Of a DNA stretch of 64,000 nucleotides, positions 13,311 through 26,510 are shown one piece after another (within the stretch, counting starts at the first letter, position 1; each line of letters starts with the position of its first letter). The DNA lies in NCBI GenBank assembly GCA_951406725.2, contig OX597840.1, positions 26,412,001-26,476,000 on the forward strand. Reading direction: 5' to 3'. A model generated the notes under the pieces. That model ran no database searches. It was not told the DNA's origin and saw only the letters and a list, made by a program, of their open reading frames with translations. Source of the DNA: Octopus vulgaris (lineage: Eukaryota). Made by a program: the position numbers and the translations under genes.

Positions 13311-13912
13311 AGGCGCAGGAGTGGCTGTGTGGTAAGTAGCTTGCTTACCAACCACATGGTTCCGGGTTCTGGGTTAAGTCCCACTGCGTGGCACCTTGGG
13401 CAAGTGTCTTCTGCTATAGCCTCGGGCCGACCAATGCCTTGTGAGTGGATTTGGTAGACGGAAACTGAAAGAAGCCTGTCGTATATATGTATATATATAG
13501 GAGCAGGAGTGGCTGTGTGGTAAGTAGCTTGCCTACGAACCACGTGGTTCCGGGTTCAGTCCCACTGCATGGCACCTTGGGCAAGTGTCTTCTGCTATAG
13601 CCTCGGGCCGACCAATGCCTTGTGAGTGGATTTGGTAGACGCAAACTGAAAGAAGCCCGTCGTATATATGTGTATATATATGTATGTGTGCGTGTGTATG
13701 TTTGTGTGTTTGTGTTTGTCCCTCTAGCATTGCTTGACAACCGATGCTGGTGTGTTTACGTCTCCATCACTTAGCGGTTCGGCAAAAGAGACCATTAGAA
13801 TAAGTACTGGGCTTACAAAAGAATAAGTCCCGGGGTCGATTTGCTCGACTAAAGGCGGTGCTCCAGCATGGCCGCAGTCAAATGACTGAAACAAGTAAAA
13901 GACTAAAAGAGT
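13311..13912 (+). mobile_element. Family A SINE with duplicated head
   Basis: Heads at about 13311 and 13500, separated by (TA)n. Ends AAACAAGTAAAAGACTAAAAGAG. Confidence 0.85.
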
Positions 13913-14050
13913 ATACTTAGAAACAAGAGAAAAAACATAGCTGACTCAACACCCCAACCAAAATACAAAGCTTGCCAGAGAAAAGATGTTTATAATAGAA
14001 GAGATAAAAGATAAAAAAGAATCTATTTTTTTAGGGTAAGGACAAATTAA

Positions 14051-14927
14051 CCCTTTCGTTACCAGCCCGGCTGAAACCACCTCTGGCTCTGTAGTACAAA
14101 TGTCTTGTTTTCATAAGTTTTGAATTAAAATCTTCCACCAAACCTTAAGTCACAATTTATGTTCCTAACACTAGCTTAATGATAACTAAGTTATTTTACT
14201 AAATTCTTTGTTATATTTAAGTAATTGAAAGAAACACAGAGCATCTCAACAGAAATATGGTAACAAAAGGGTTAACAAATGATTAATTTAACCCTTTTGA
14301 TACCAACCTGACTGAAACCACCTCTGGCTCAGTAGTTCAAATGTCTTGTTTTCATAAGTTTTGAATTAAAATCTTCCACCAAACCTTAGTCACAATTTAT
14401 GTTCCTAACATTAGCTTAATGATAACTAAGTTATTTTACTTAGGAATTCTTTGTTATACCTAAAGTAATTGAAAGAAACACAGAGCATCTCAACAGAAAT
14501 ATGGTAACAAAAGGGTTAACAAATGATTAATTTAACCCTTTTGATACCAACCTGACTGAAACCTCCTCTGGCTCTGTAGTACAAATGTCTTATTTTCAAA
14601 AGTTCTGAAATAAAATCTTCCACCAAATCTTAGTCGCAATTTATGTTCCTAACACTAGCTTAATGATAACGAATTTATTTTACTAAATTCTTTGTTATAT
14701 TTAAAATTAATTGAAAGAAGCACAGAACATCTCAACAGAAATATGGTAACAAAAGGGTTAACAAATGATTAATTTAACCCTTTCAATACCAACCTGCCTG
14801 AAACCACCTCTGGCTCTGAGTACAAATGTCTTGTTTTCCTAAGTTCTGAATAAAAATCTTCCACCAAACCTTAGTCACAATTTATGTTCCTAACACTAGC
14901 TGAATGATAACTAAGTTATTTTACTTA
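14051..14927. mobile_element. Tandem array of ~3.6 piggyBac-like MITEs
   Basis: Copies start at 14051, 14292, 14536 and 14778. The three complete copies read TTAA-CCCTTT...AAAGGG-TTAA, with an identical spacer CAAATGATTAAT between them. Confidence 0.85.
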
Positions 14928-15506
14928 TGAATTGTGCCAAATTTTGGCATTAAAAACTACACCAATACCAGAACAGGACGACGTTAGCATGGTGCAAAAT
15001 GCCCAGCAATTTCGCCATCACGTTACAGTTCCATTTGAGATGACATTGATTCCGCGGAGGTCGACATTTGCCCAAAACAACAGAATACAATTCAGTTAGT
15101 TTATATATATATACTATAATCCGTTTGTCTGTCCTTGTTTGTCCTCTCTGTGTTTAGCCCCTTGTGGGTAGTTAAAAAAAAAATATACATATATATATAT
15201 CATGTATATGCAATATGTGTGTGTATGTGTTTATGTGTCTGTGTTTGTCCCCCTAGCATAGCTTGACAACCGATGCTGGTGTGTTTATGTCCCCGTCACT
15301 GTATTTCGGTTTGGCTTTATAAAGAGACCGATTTATTCTTATAGTACTGGGCGTTACAAAGAATGCAGTCCCCCCCCCGATTTGCTTTAAAGGCGGTGCT
15401 ATATATATATAAATGACTGAAAAACAAAAAGAGTAAAGAGTATATATATATATACATACATACATACGTATATATATACATATATACATACATATATAAA
15501 TATATG

Positions 15507-15558
<52 letters not shown>

Positions 15559-16008
15559 CATGTATGTATGTATGTATGATGTGTACACACACACAGACAT
15601 ATATATATATATCGATGTCAATATGAAAGACAGACTAATGATGATGACGATGATGATTGTCATCATGATGATGATGGTGATGATGATTATGCTATAGAAG
15701 CATGTTTATGTAATATGTTACACACACACGTGTGTACACGGACAAGTATAAGTAGTGATGCGTAACATGAAATTTTAAATTCACATGTGACACTCACACA
15801 CACAGACACACACACATGTCCATGTGTTTTCAGGGATATATTATAATTTAAATATACTCATGTACTAATTGAAATGTTTATATACTATTTGTGTATAAAG
15901 GGGGGGGGTGAGTATGTCTGTCTATTGGGCACGAATATACTTTACCATGGGTTTTAGGTATACTAGTCTCTCCCCCCACCGTTATTATATTTCATATAGA
16001 TATATATG

Positions 16009-16049
<41 letters not shown>

Positions 16050-16122
16050 GTATATATGTATATATATGTATATATATATATATATATAAATAAATATATA
16101 TATCATACAGATATATATGTAA

Positions 16123-16159
<37 letters not shown>

Positions 16160-16179
16160 CATATGTGTGTATATGTATG

Positions 16180-16213
<34 letters not shown>

Positions 16214-16589
16214 TATTAAATATATGTATGCATATATGTATGTATATATATGCATATGTTATTTTATGTGTGTGTGTGTGTTATTTTATATATGCATGTA
16301 TATATATATATATATATTTATACACACACACATATATAAAATAATACACACACATACATATAAATGTGCATGTGTGTCATTTTATATACATACACACACA
16401 CATATATATTACACATATACATACCCATATACAGATACCCAGAGGAGATATACATGTTCCCATGTATATGTCCGTACATGCTATAGATATGCACGCACAC
16501 ACACACACACACACCGGAATGATGTTCCGCAAATAAGGACACATTTATAAAAATATATCATTATAAACATGACATACTTGTAAGAGAGA

Positions 16590-16620
<31 letters not shown>

Positions 16621-16719
16621 CATACATACATACATATATATATATACATACATACATATATATATATATATACATACATACATATATATATATATACATA
16701 CATACATATATATATATAT

Positions 16720-16833
<114 letters not shown>

Positions 16834-17311
16834 GACAGACAGATAGATAGATATAGATATCTATATACATACATGCAATTTTATATATGTTTATATATGC
16901 TTATATTCATGTCTGTTTATACACACACATATATGTATATATATATAGAGAGAGACAGACAGATAGACACACACACATACACACACACACACTCACACAC
17001 ACAGAGACCTATGTGGGGTTTTTAGGTGCAGTGTGACACCATCAATGAGCTAATGCCCCAATCTCTTGACAGCCATTCACCAGGAATGAGGTCTGCAGAT
17101 GGTGATGGTGGTGATGATGATGATGCTGTAAGGGAGGGGGGACGGTGGTGGTGGTGATGATGATGGTGGTTGGTGTGGTTTTTGATTTTGATGCTGTGGG
17201 TGGGGGGTATTCTTCGTAACAGTGGTGGCGATGATGGGGCTGTGGTGGATGTAGCTTGTAGCGTTTTTGCTACATGGTGAGTATATATCTATCTATCTAT
17301 CTATCTATATA

Positions 17312-17690
17312 CTCTTTTACTTGTTTCAGTCATTTGACTGCGGCCATGCTGGAGCACTGCTTTTAGTTGAGCAAATCGACCCCGGGACTTATTATTTGTA
17401 AGCCCAGTACTTATTCTATCGGTCTCTTTTGCCGAACCGCTATGTGACGAGGACGTAAACACACCAGCATCGGTTGTCAGGCAATGCTAGGGGGACAAAT
17501 ACAGACACACAAACACATACATATATACGACAGGCTTCTTTCAGTTTCCGTCCACCAAATCCACTCACAAGGCTTTGGTCAGCCCGAGGCTATAGTAGAA
17601 GACACTTGCCCAAAGTGCCACGCAGTGGGACTGAACTCGGAACCATGTGGTTGGTTAGCAAGCTACTTACCACACAGCCACTCCTGCGCC
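17312..17690 (-). mobile_element. Family A SINE, full length
   Basis: Complete head-to-tail copy. Confidence 0.88.
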
Positions 17691-17882
17691 TATATATATA
17701 TGTATATATATGACACACTTGCACCCTGTTTCCATCTGCCAGGTTCAATCCCAAGGGTTAGTCAGCCTGAGACTATTGTAGGAAAAAATTGCCCAAGGTG
17801 CCATGCAGTGGGGCTGAACCCAGAACCATTCCACTGGGCCTGTGAACATACATACATTATATATATATATATATATATATAT

Positions 17883-18172
17883 GCACATGGCTTAGTGGTT
17901 AGGGTGTTGCACTAACAATTGCAAGATCGTGGGTTCGATTCCCAGACCGGGCGTTGCGTTGTGTTCTTGAGCAAAGCACTTCATTTCATGTTGCTCCGCG
18001 ATCATTTCGTTATCAGACATGTGGCACCCACTCGCACCTGTACAGGTAATATCGATTTGATGGAAGGGGGTGAGCCTACACATTTGATCACTATAAAAAG
18101 AATCACGTGTGTGGTTGATTAGCAAGAAATTAACGAACCATCATACGTCGTCTAACGACAGGGGACTCGATA
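17883..18172 (+). mobile_element. tRNA-derived SINE (family C-like)
   Basis: TGGCTTAGTGG A box, GGTTCGATTCC B box, then TGTGTTCTTGAGCAAAGCACTT. Confidence 0.7.
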
Positions 18173-18206
18173 GTACACACACACACACACACATACAAAT
18201 ATATAT

Positions 18207-18446
18207 TGTCATCATGGATTAGCAACCTTTATTGCGGACCATGCCTCTCAGCCGGGGCTACCCGATGGACAGAAAGACCGATTCTATGACACCCTACTGC
18301 AGACTACCTTGTTGGCGAACAACAGAGACCTTCTCTTTGTGGCTGGTGACTTCAATGGGCATGTTGGACGACATGCTGGGGGCTTCCATGGTGTACATGG
18401 AGGCTGTGGCTATGGTTCCCGCAACGAGGAGGGAACCAGGCTGCTA
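18207..18446 (+). pseudogene. RTE apurinic-like endonuclease domain fragment
   Basis: In-frame ...HASQPGLPDGQKDRFYDTL...LFVAGDFNGHVG...HGVHGGCGYGSRNEEGTRLL, matching the APE-domain GDFN motif of RTE elements. Flanked by microsatellites. Confidence 0.85.
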
Positions 18447-19039
18447 TACATATTTATACACACACAAATATATACACATGCACATATGATTGATTGATTG
18501 ATTCTAGTTTCAGCTTATGAGCTGTGGCCATGCTGGGGCACCGATACAGATATATAAATACACACTCATACATATACACACACACATGTACACATACATA
18601 TATATAAACACACACATATATACATACACACATACACATATATCAACATACATATATACACACATACATTTATACATATATATAACCACACACATACACA
18701 TATCTATACATATATATAACACACACACACATAGACACACACGTACACACACACACACACACACAGGTATATACACATATACTGCATGCACAGACACATA
18801 CATGCACATCTGCACACACACACATGCATGTGTTAAGCTGTATAAGAGAGATCCTTATACAATGAAAACACACCTGTATACACCTGTATCTGGAAACACA
18901 TACAGTTTTCTAATTAGTGAAGCTGTGTAGTGTTAGGGTAGCGATGGTGGTGGTGGTTGGGGTGGTGGTTGGGGTGGGGGGAAGGGATTCAGGCGAGAAA
19001 ACAACAATAACTGCAACAACAACAATATAAACAACTGCC

Positions 19040-19418
19040 AACAACTACTACTACTACTACCACTACAACTACTACTACTACTACTACTACTACTGCTGCT
19101 GCTGTTGCTACTACTACTTCGACTGCTACTACTACTACTACCACGACTGCTGCTTCAACTACAACTGCTACTACTACTACTTTTATTACTACTACTACTG
19201 CTGCTGCTACTACTACTACTACTACTACTACTACTAATAATAATAATGATAATAATAATACTGCTGTTGCTCCTTCAGCTACTACTACCATTACTACTAC
19301 TGCTGCTAATACCACAAACACTACTACCACAACTACTACTGCTGTTACAATTACTCATACTACTACCATTACAACTACTACCACCTCCACCATCACCACA
19401 ACCACAAGTATTACTACT

Positions 19419-19461
<43 letters not shown>

Positions 19462-19490
19462 TTATTACTACTACTACTACCACTACTGCT
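19040..19490. repeat. (CTA)n/(CTG)n trinucleotide repeat region
   Basis: Seen directly. Confidence 0.9.
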
Positions 19491-20327
19491 GAACGATGGT
19501 GATGATGATGGTGATAAGGAGGAAGAGGAGGTGAAGGAGGAGGAGCAGATAGCTACCCTGACCCCTGTCAATAGATACCAGCTGAAAGAAGTTGACAATT
19601 ACTACTAAAGGGGAAAAACCCCACCACACAAAAAAAAATATATATAAAAGAAAATTTTACTAATTTCTCACTAATGACTTCCTTTTATCAATTTATCAGT
19701 CAATTAAACATCTCCAAACGAGGGAGCGACAGGAGGGGTGGTGGCAGGTAGGGTCAGAGAGAAAGGAGGCAGGGTGGCGCCTGGCAACATTAGGATGAAA
19801 CACTCAGAGAAAGGAATGGTAAAAAAATAAAACCATGCAGCAGAAATATGTCTCAAAGATTGAACAAAGGTGCAGGAAGAAGCTGGCTTCCCAACCACAG
19901 GGTTCTGGGTTCAGTCCCACTGCATGGCACCTTGGGCAAGTGTCTTCTGCTATAGCCTTAAACCAACCAAAGCCTTGTGAATGGATTTGGTAAAAGGGTA
20001 AAAGATCCCTCCCACCTGGCCATGAAAGACCCTGGGTAGGACCTAGAAAGTTCCCTTCCTATGTATGAGTCTGGGCAAGGTTGTTTATAAAAGACCAGCA
20101 GTTGTCCATGCATACCAACCTCCCCTTTCTTTGCCACCAATGTTATCCAAGGGAAGAGCAAAGGGGCCGATACAGCTTGGTGCCAGTGATGTCACAACTC
20201 ATTTCTACGGCTGAGTAGAACTGGATCAGAGGAACACAAAATGATGGTTGTAAGTTCCAGGGAGCAGCAGTTCCAGGAAAGAGGCTGTTAGGATAACAGG
20301 ACTCATGACTGACAGGAAGTCCAACAG

Positions 20328-21462
20328 ACAAGGGGCTATAAACTGAGGGGACAAACAAGGACAGACAAACGGATTTAGTGGATCATATCGACTCCAGTGC
20401 GTAACTGGTACTTATTTAATCGACCCCGAAAGGATGAAAGGCAAAGTCGACCTCGGCGGAATTTGAACTCAGAACGTAGCGGCAGACGAAATACCTATTT
20501 CTTTACTACCCACAGGGGGTTAAACACAGAGATGACAAACAAGGACAGACAAACGGATTTAGTGGATCATATCGACTCCAGTGCGTAACTGGTACTTATT
20601 TAATCGACCCCGAAAGGATGAAAGGCAAAGTCGACCTCGGCGGAATTTGAACTCAGAACGTAGCGGCAGACGAAATACCTATTTCTTTACTACCCACAGG
20701 GGGTTAAACACAGAGATGACAAACAAGGACAGACAAACGGATTTAGTGGATCATATCGACTCCAGTGCGTAACTGGTACTTATTTAATCGACCCCGAAAG
20801 GATGAAAGGCAAAGTCGACCTCGGCGGAATTTGAACTCAGAACGTAGCGGCAGACGAAATACCTATTTCTTTACTACCCACAGGGGGTTAAACACAGAGA
20901 TGACAAACAAGGACAGACAAACGGATTTAGTGGATCATATCGACTCCAGTGCGTAACTGGTACTTATTTAATCGACCCCGAAAGGATGAAAGGCAAAGTC
21001 GACCTCGGCGGAATTTGAACTCAGAACGTAGCGGCAGACGAAATACCTATTTCTTTACTACCCACAGGGGGTTAAACACAGAGATGACAAACAAGGACAG
21101 ACAAACGGATTTAGTGGATCATATCGACTCCAGTGCGTAACTGGTACTTATTTAATCGACCCCGAAAGGATGAAAGGCAAAGTCGACCTCGGCGGAATTT
21201 GAACTCAGAACGTAGCGGCAGACGAAATACCTATTTCTTTACTACCCACAAGGGGTTAAACACAGAGATGACAAACAAGGACAGACAAACGGATTTAGTG
21301 GATCATATCGACTCCAGTGCGTAACTGGTACTTATTTAATCGACCCCAAAAGGATGAAAGGCAAAGTCGACCTCGGCGGAATTTGAACTCAGAATGTAAC
21401 GGCAGACGAAATACCGCTAAGCATTTCACCCGGCGTGTTAACGTTTCTGCCAGCTCACTGCC
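20328..21462 (-). mobile_element. Meta-type tRNA SINE (family B) concatemer: one head plus six 184-bp bodies
   Basis: Period 184 (ORF starts 20397, 20581, 20765, 20949, 21133, 21317). The minus strand contains GCCTTTCATCCTTTCGGGGTCGAT..ATAAGTACCAG, which resembles the MetaSINE domain. Confidence 0.9.
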
Positions 21463-21649
21463 CTATACAGTTAAAGGTATTGGCAGAGGGTACAAGACCA
21501 GAAGACCAGGTAATTTCACCAAAGTAGTCACCATGGAAATGCTAATAGAAAAGACACAACGAAAACAGATTTTGAAGATGAGCCAAAGAATTGAACCCAG
21601 AAGAAAAAAGAAAACCCATCATATAAACAATTGGTTCTTAATTTGTAAA

Positions 21650-21785
21650 CAAGAGAGAATGGTAGCGAGTTCCAAAGAGTAGCGTTTCTAGGAAAGAGGT
21701 TTTTGGAATAAAGAGATTTATGACTAACCGGAAGCTGAACAGACAAATGATGCATTTGGGAAGAAGAGTGGGTGGTTATGTATAA
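21650..21785 (-). mobile_element. Old LINE C-terminal fragment (CR1/L2/Jockey group)
   Basis: Translation ...YSKNLFPRNATLWNSLP resembles the SFFPRT..LWNSLP LINE terminus. A similar remnant lies at 20255-20325. Confidence 0.55.
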
Positions 21786-21826
21786 TGGTTTTGACAAAGG
21801 ATATGAGACCAGAAAATTTCATATAT

Positions 21827-22262
21827 ATCCCTGCGCCACAACACCACTGCAACGCATATGGTGTGCCATGGATGGATGGGCGAAGGTGTGTAGGTGGAAG
21901 GTTTGAGGTAGTGGAGGTGGAGGAACGGGTGTAGTCAGTCACTCGATGACATGCTAGAAATAGCAGCTGAATCTCCCTCGATTCCCTGCCCCATGGCCTT
22001 CTACGAAAAGAAGGAAATATAACCTCACATGATGTTGTGCAGACAGACGTATATTGTGTGCGTATGCGTGTGTATGTGAGTGTGGTGATGTCGCAAGTAT
22101 GTGTATTTATATGCATTGTGTATGATGCATGTGTGTGCGTGTGTGCGTGTGTGTGTGGGAGAGAGAGAACAGAATGCATATGCGTGTGTGTATGTTATGT
22201 ATGTTTCCAGGTTGTACATCTGTATGTTTGTGTGTGTGTGTATATAAATAGATATATAAATA
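21827..22262 (+). repeat. Local duplication copy 1 (copy 2 at 24381-24822)
   Basis: About 440 bp colinear, starting ATCCCTGCGCCACAACACCAC. Confidence 0.9.
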
Positions 22263-22299
22263 TACACTTATTATCTTAGAGTTAATTATTCTACAGTGA

Positions 22300-23435
22300 A
22301 GGCACATGGCTCAGTGGTTAGAGCGTCGGGTTCACAATCATGAGGTAGTGAGTTCGATTCCCGGACCGGGCTGTGTGTTGTGTTCTTGAGCAAGACACTT
22401 TATTTCATGTTGCTCCAGTTCACTCAGCTGTAGAAATGAGTTCCAACATCACTGGTGCCAAGCTGTATCAGCCCCTTTGCCTTTCCCTTGGACAAAACAT
22501 CCTTGCTTGGACTTGTGCCTTGGAGGGGAACAATCTCGAGGCAGTCCCATGGTCATTCATGACTGAAGGGAGTGTTTACCCTATGTGCATGATATATGCA
22601 TATATATATATATGTGTGTAGGTGCAATGGCGCAGGGGTTAGGACAGCGGACTCGTGGTCGTAGGATCGCGGTTTCGATTCCCAGACCGGGCGTTGTGAG
22701 TGTTTATTGATCGAAAACACCTAAAAAGCTCCACGAGGTCTGGCAGGGGGTGGCGATCCCTGCTGTACTCTTTTGCCACAACTTTCTCTCACTCTTACTT
22801 CCTGTTGGCCTGCTCGCTTAGCCAGCGGGGTGGCGTCATTCGAAGGCTAAAACAATGCGAAGCGCATTGTGACCAGCGATGTGTAACAACATCTGATGGC
22901 CTGGTCGGTCACGGTGATATATATATGTATTTTAGAAGATGCATGGCTAAATAATTAGTTGAGCTCAAAATCATGAGGTAGTGAGTTCAATTCCCAGACT
23001 GGGCTGTGTGTTGTGTTCTTGAGCAAGAGACTTTATTTCACGTTGCTCCAGTTCACTCAGCTGTAGAAATGAGTTGCGACGTCACAGGTGCCCAGCTGTA
23101 TTGGCTCCTTTGCCTTTCCCTTAGATAACATCAGTGACGTGGAGAGGGGGAGGCTGGTATGCATGGGTGACTGTTGGTCTTCCATAAAAACAACCTTGCC
23201 CAGACTTGTGCCTCAGAGGGGAACTTTCTAGGTGCAATCCCATGGTTATTCGTGACCGAAGGGGGTCTTTACCCTTTACCCTTTATACATATAATGGTGT
23301 GGAGAGGGAGAGGCTGGTATGCATGGGTGACTGCTGGTCTTCCATAAACAACCTTGCCCAGACTTATGCCTCAGAGGGGAACTTTCTAGGTGCAATCCCA
23401 GGGTCATTCATGACCAAAAGGGGGTCTGCACCCTT
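22300..23435 (+). mobile_element. Cluster of tRNA-derived SINEs (family C at 22300 and 22940, a second family at 22620-22915)
   Basis: A/B boxes TGGCTCAGTGG and AGTTCGATTCC, then the shared domain TGTTCTTGAGCAAGACACTT...CCAGTTCACTCAGCTGTAGAAATGAG. The tail is duplicated at 23300-23435. Confidence 0.75.
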
Positions 23436-23444
23436 TTATTCTTT

Positions 23445-23586
23445 GAAGGGCATCCAGCTGTAGAAACACTGCCAGATCAGACTGGAGCCTGGTGCAGCCT
23501 CCTGGCTTCCCAGATCCCCGGTCGAACTGTCCAACCCATGCTAGCATGGAAAGCGGACGCTAAACGATGATGATGATGATGACGAT
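23445..23586 (+). mobile_element. RTE 3' terminal fragment with (GAT)n tail
   Basis: Matches 12180-12321. Confidence 0.85.
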
Positions 23587-24380
23587 TTCTATGCTGTGTA
23601 TGTGTGTGTGTGTTGTGCAAATATAATGGAGTGGGTGTTTATGAATATGTTTGTGTGTATGTGTGTGTGTATGTGTGTGTGTGCATGCATGTGTGAATAT
23701 GCTGGTGTGACTGTTTGCGTGTATATGTTATACAGGTATGTTATGTATGTGTGTGTGTGTGTTTGCTATGTGTCTCTGTATGTGTATATGTGTGTGTATG
23801 TGTGAAAATATACTGGTGTGTGTGTGTATGTATAAATATACTGATATGTGTGTGTATGTAAATATACTGGTGTGTGTGTATGTGCATAAATATACTGATG
23901 TGTGTATGTATGTGTATGTGTGTAAATATACTGGTGTGTGTGTGTGTGTATGTGTATGCTATGCATATTTCATCTGTATGTGTGTGGATATCTCACGTGT
24001 GTCTGTGTTTTTGTGTATGTATGTGTATGGGATTCAGTATATGTGTGTGCTGGTGTATGTGTGTGCATGTGTGTATATGTGTGTGTATGTATATGTTACG
24101 TGTGCATGTATGTATGTGTGTGTGCATGGTTTCTTCCTGTGTGTGTCTGTTCCACACACACACACACACACACACACACAAAGTTGAAATAGAGAAAGAG
24201 ATAATATACGTCTGTAATTAATAAGATATAAATAATAATTACAGACCTTCGTCAACAGTAATTAGAGACTTCTCGCAGACAAATTAATTCCATTTCCGAC
24301 CTGCCTGCACCCCCCCGCCCCCCGTCCTCACCCCGTCGCCCCCCCCACTCCACTCCCCTCGTTTTAATTCAACACACCGC

Positions 24381-24692
24381 ATCCCTGCGCCACAACACCA
24401 CCGCAACGCATATGGTGTGCCATGGATGGATGGGTGAAGGTGTGTGTGTAGGCGGGTGGAAGGTTTGAGGCAGTGGAGGTGGGGGAATGGGTGTAGTCAG
24501 TCACTCGATGACATGCTAGAAATAGCAGCTGAATCTCCCTCGATTCCCTGCCCCGCTGCCATCTACGAGGAGAAGGAAATGTAACCTCACATGATGTTGT
24601 GCAGACGGACGTATATTATGTGTGCGTATGCGTGTGTATGTGAGTGTGGTGATGTCGCAAGTATGTGTATTTATATGCATTGTGTATGATGC

Positions 24693-24728
<36 letters not shown>

Positions 24729-24822
24729 AGAATGCATATGCGTGTGTGTATGTTATGTATGTTTCCAGGTTGTACATCTGTATGTTTGTGTGTGTGTATG
24801 TGTATATAAATAGGTATATAAA
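24381..24822 (+). repeat. Local duplication copy 2
   Basis: Colinear with 21827-22262. Confidence 0.9.
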
Positions 24823-24840
24823 TATATATATGCATATGTG

Positions 24841-25000
24841 GGAGTGGCTGTATGGTAAGTAGCTTGCAACCACATGGTTCCAGGTTCAGTCCCACTGCGT
24901 GGCACCTTGGGCAAGTGTCATCTACTATAGCCTCGGGCTGACCAAAGACTTGTGAGTGGATTTGGTAGATGGAAACTGAAAGAAGCCTGTCGTATATATG

Positions 25001-25033
<33 letters not shown>

Positions 25034-25228
25034 TTGTCCTCCTAGCATTGCTTGACAACCGATGCTGGTGTGTTTATGTCCCCGTAACTTAGCGGTTCGG
25101 CAAAAGAAACTGATAGAATAAGTACTGGGCTTACAAAGAATAAGTCCTGGTGTTGATTTGCTTGACTAAAGGTGGTGCTCCAGCATGGCCGCAGCCAAAT
25201 GACTGAAACAAGTAAAAGAGTAAAAGTG
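24841..25228 (+). mobile_element. Family A SINE
   Basis: Near full-length copy. Confidence 0.85.
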
Positions 25229-25251
25229 AATACATATATTTATATATGTGG

Positions 25252-25760
25252 TCCCCATGCCGGTGGCACGTAAAGAGCACCATCTGAACATGGCCGATGC
25301 CAGCGTCACCTTGATTGGCTTCCATGCCGGTGGCACATAAAAAGCACCATCCGATCGTGGTCAATGCCAGCCTCCTCTGGTACCTGTACTGGTGGCACAT
25401 AAAAAAAGCACCCTCTACATTCTGAGAGTGTAGTGAGTGCTTTTTACATACCACTGGCACAGGAGCCAGCCAGGCAGACCTGGTACTGACCACATTCAGA
25501 TGGTGCTTTTTACGTGCCACCAGCATGGGAGCCAGTCAAGGAGCACTGGCCCCAGCTATGATACTGGTTTCACTTGACTCAACTGGTCTTCTCAAGCATA
25601 TCATATCACCTGATGCATCCAGAGTATTCTAAACAGGGCTGGACATGCGTGGCTGCAATCCCACTTTAGTTACCAGGTCTTCTCAATCAGAGCATATCTC
25701 CAAAGGTTCCGGTTCCCTGTCATTGCCTCTGTCAGGGGCAATGTTCAAAGGTCATTCTTC
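25252..25760. mobile_element. Two RTE 3' fragments in opposite orientation
   Basis: Plus-strand UTR at 25252-25418 abuts a minus-strand UTR/ORF end at 25420-25760. Confidence 0.65.
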
Positions 25761-26510
25761 AATGACGACGACGACAATGATGACGACAGTATCACCCAAA
25801 ATGGAGGTAAGTACCAATGTGGCTGGCTTGAAAAATTGTAAAGGCACACCAACATGAAACTATTGGTAATCTCATTACTCACAAATAAAGAATATTTATC
25901 CATGAATGCAGTGTTGAGCACTCATTCTCACTGTATACACAAAGGGGTTTCTTTCAGTTTCTGCCCACCAAATCCACTCACGAGGCTTTTGTCAGCCTGG
26001 GGTTATAATAGGAGATACTTGCTCAAGGAGCCAACTAAGCTGTTTTTCTTGCTGCCGAAAGTGATATGAGGTGGGGGTGACAGTGGTGATGATGGTGATG
26101 GTGGTAATGATGGCAGTGGTGGTTGAGGTGGTGGTGGCGCTAACAGTGGCAGCTGGGTTTGGTATCCGTGACAACAACGACGACAACAACAACAACAGCA
26201 ACACAACAAAGGAAGGAGATGGAGTGTGTGGAATTTCAGAGAAGGTGGGTGGGTGGGTGAGGTTGTGCTGATGAGGGTGGGGTGCAGTGGTAGGGGAGGT
26301 TACCATTTCACACAATGGTTCACCTCATCATCCATAAAAACAAAAAGGTGTGTGGGGAGGGGGAGGGGACCAAGGAATTCCAAGAATCAATGAATTATTC
26401 AATAAATCTATGTACATTTATATATATACACACATATATACATATATATAGATATATACACACACAGAGACATGTATATGTATATGTTGATATGAATTTA
26501 TATATATATA

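Noticed and set aside
20328-21462. CRISPR array or repeated 63-aa gene cluster
   Set aside because: The units are near-identical with no variable spacers and no cas genes. The ORFs are antisense readings of a SINE body.
20328-21462. Canonical hammerhead retrozyme array
   Set aside because: No CUGANGA core was found on either strand of the 184-bp unit.
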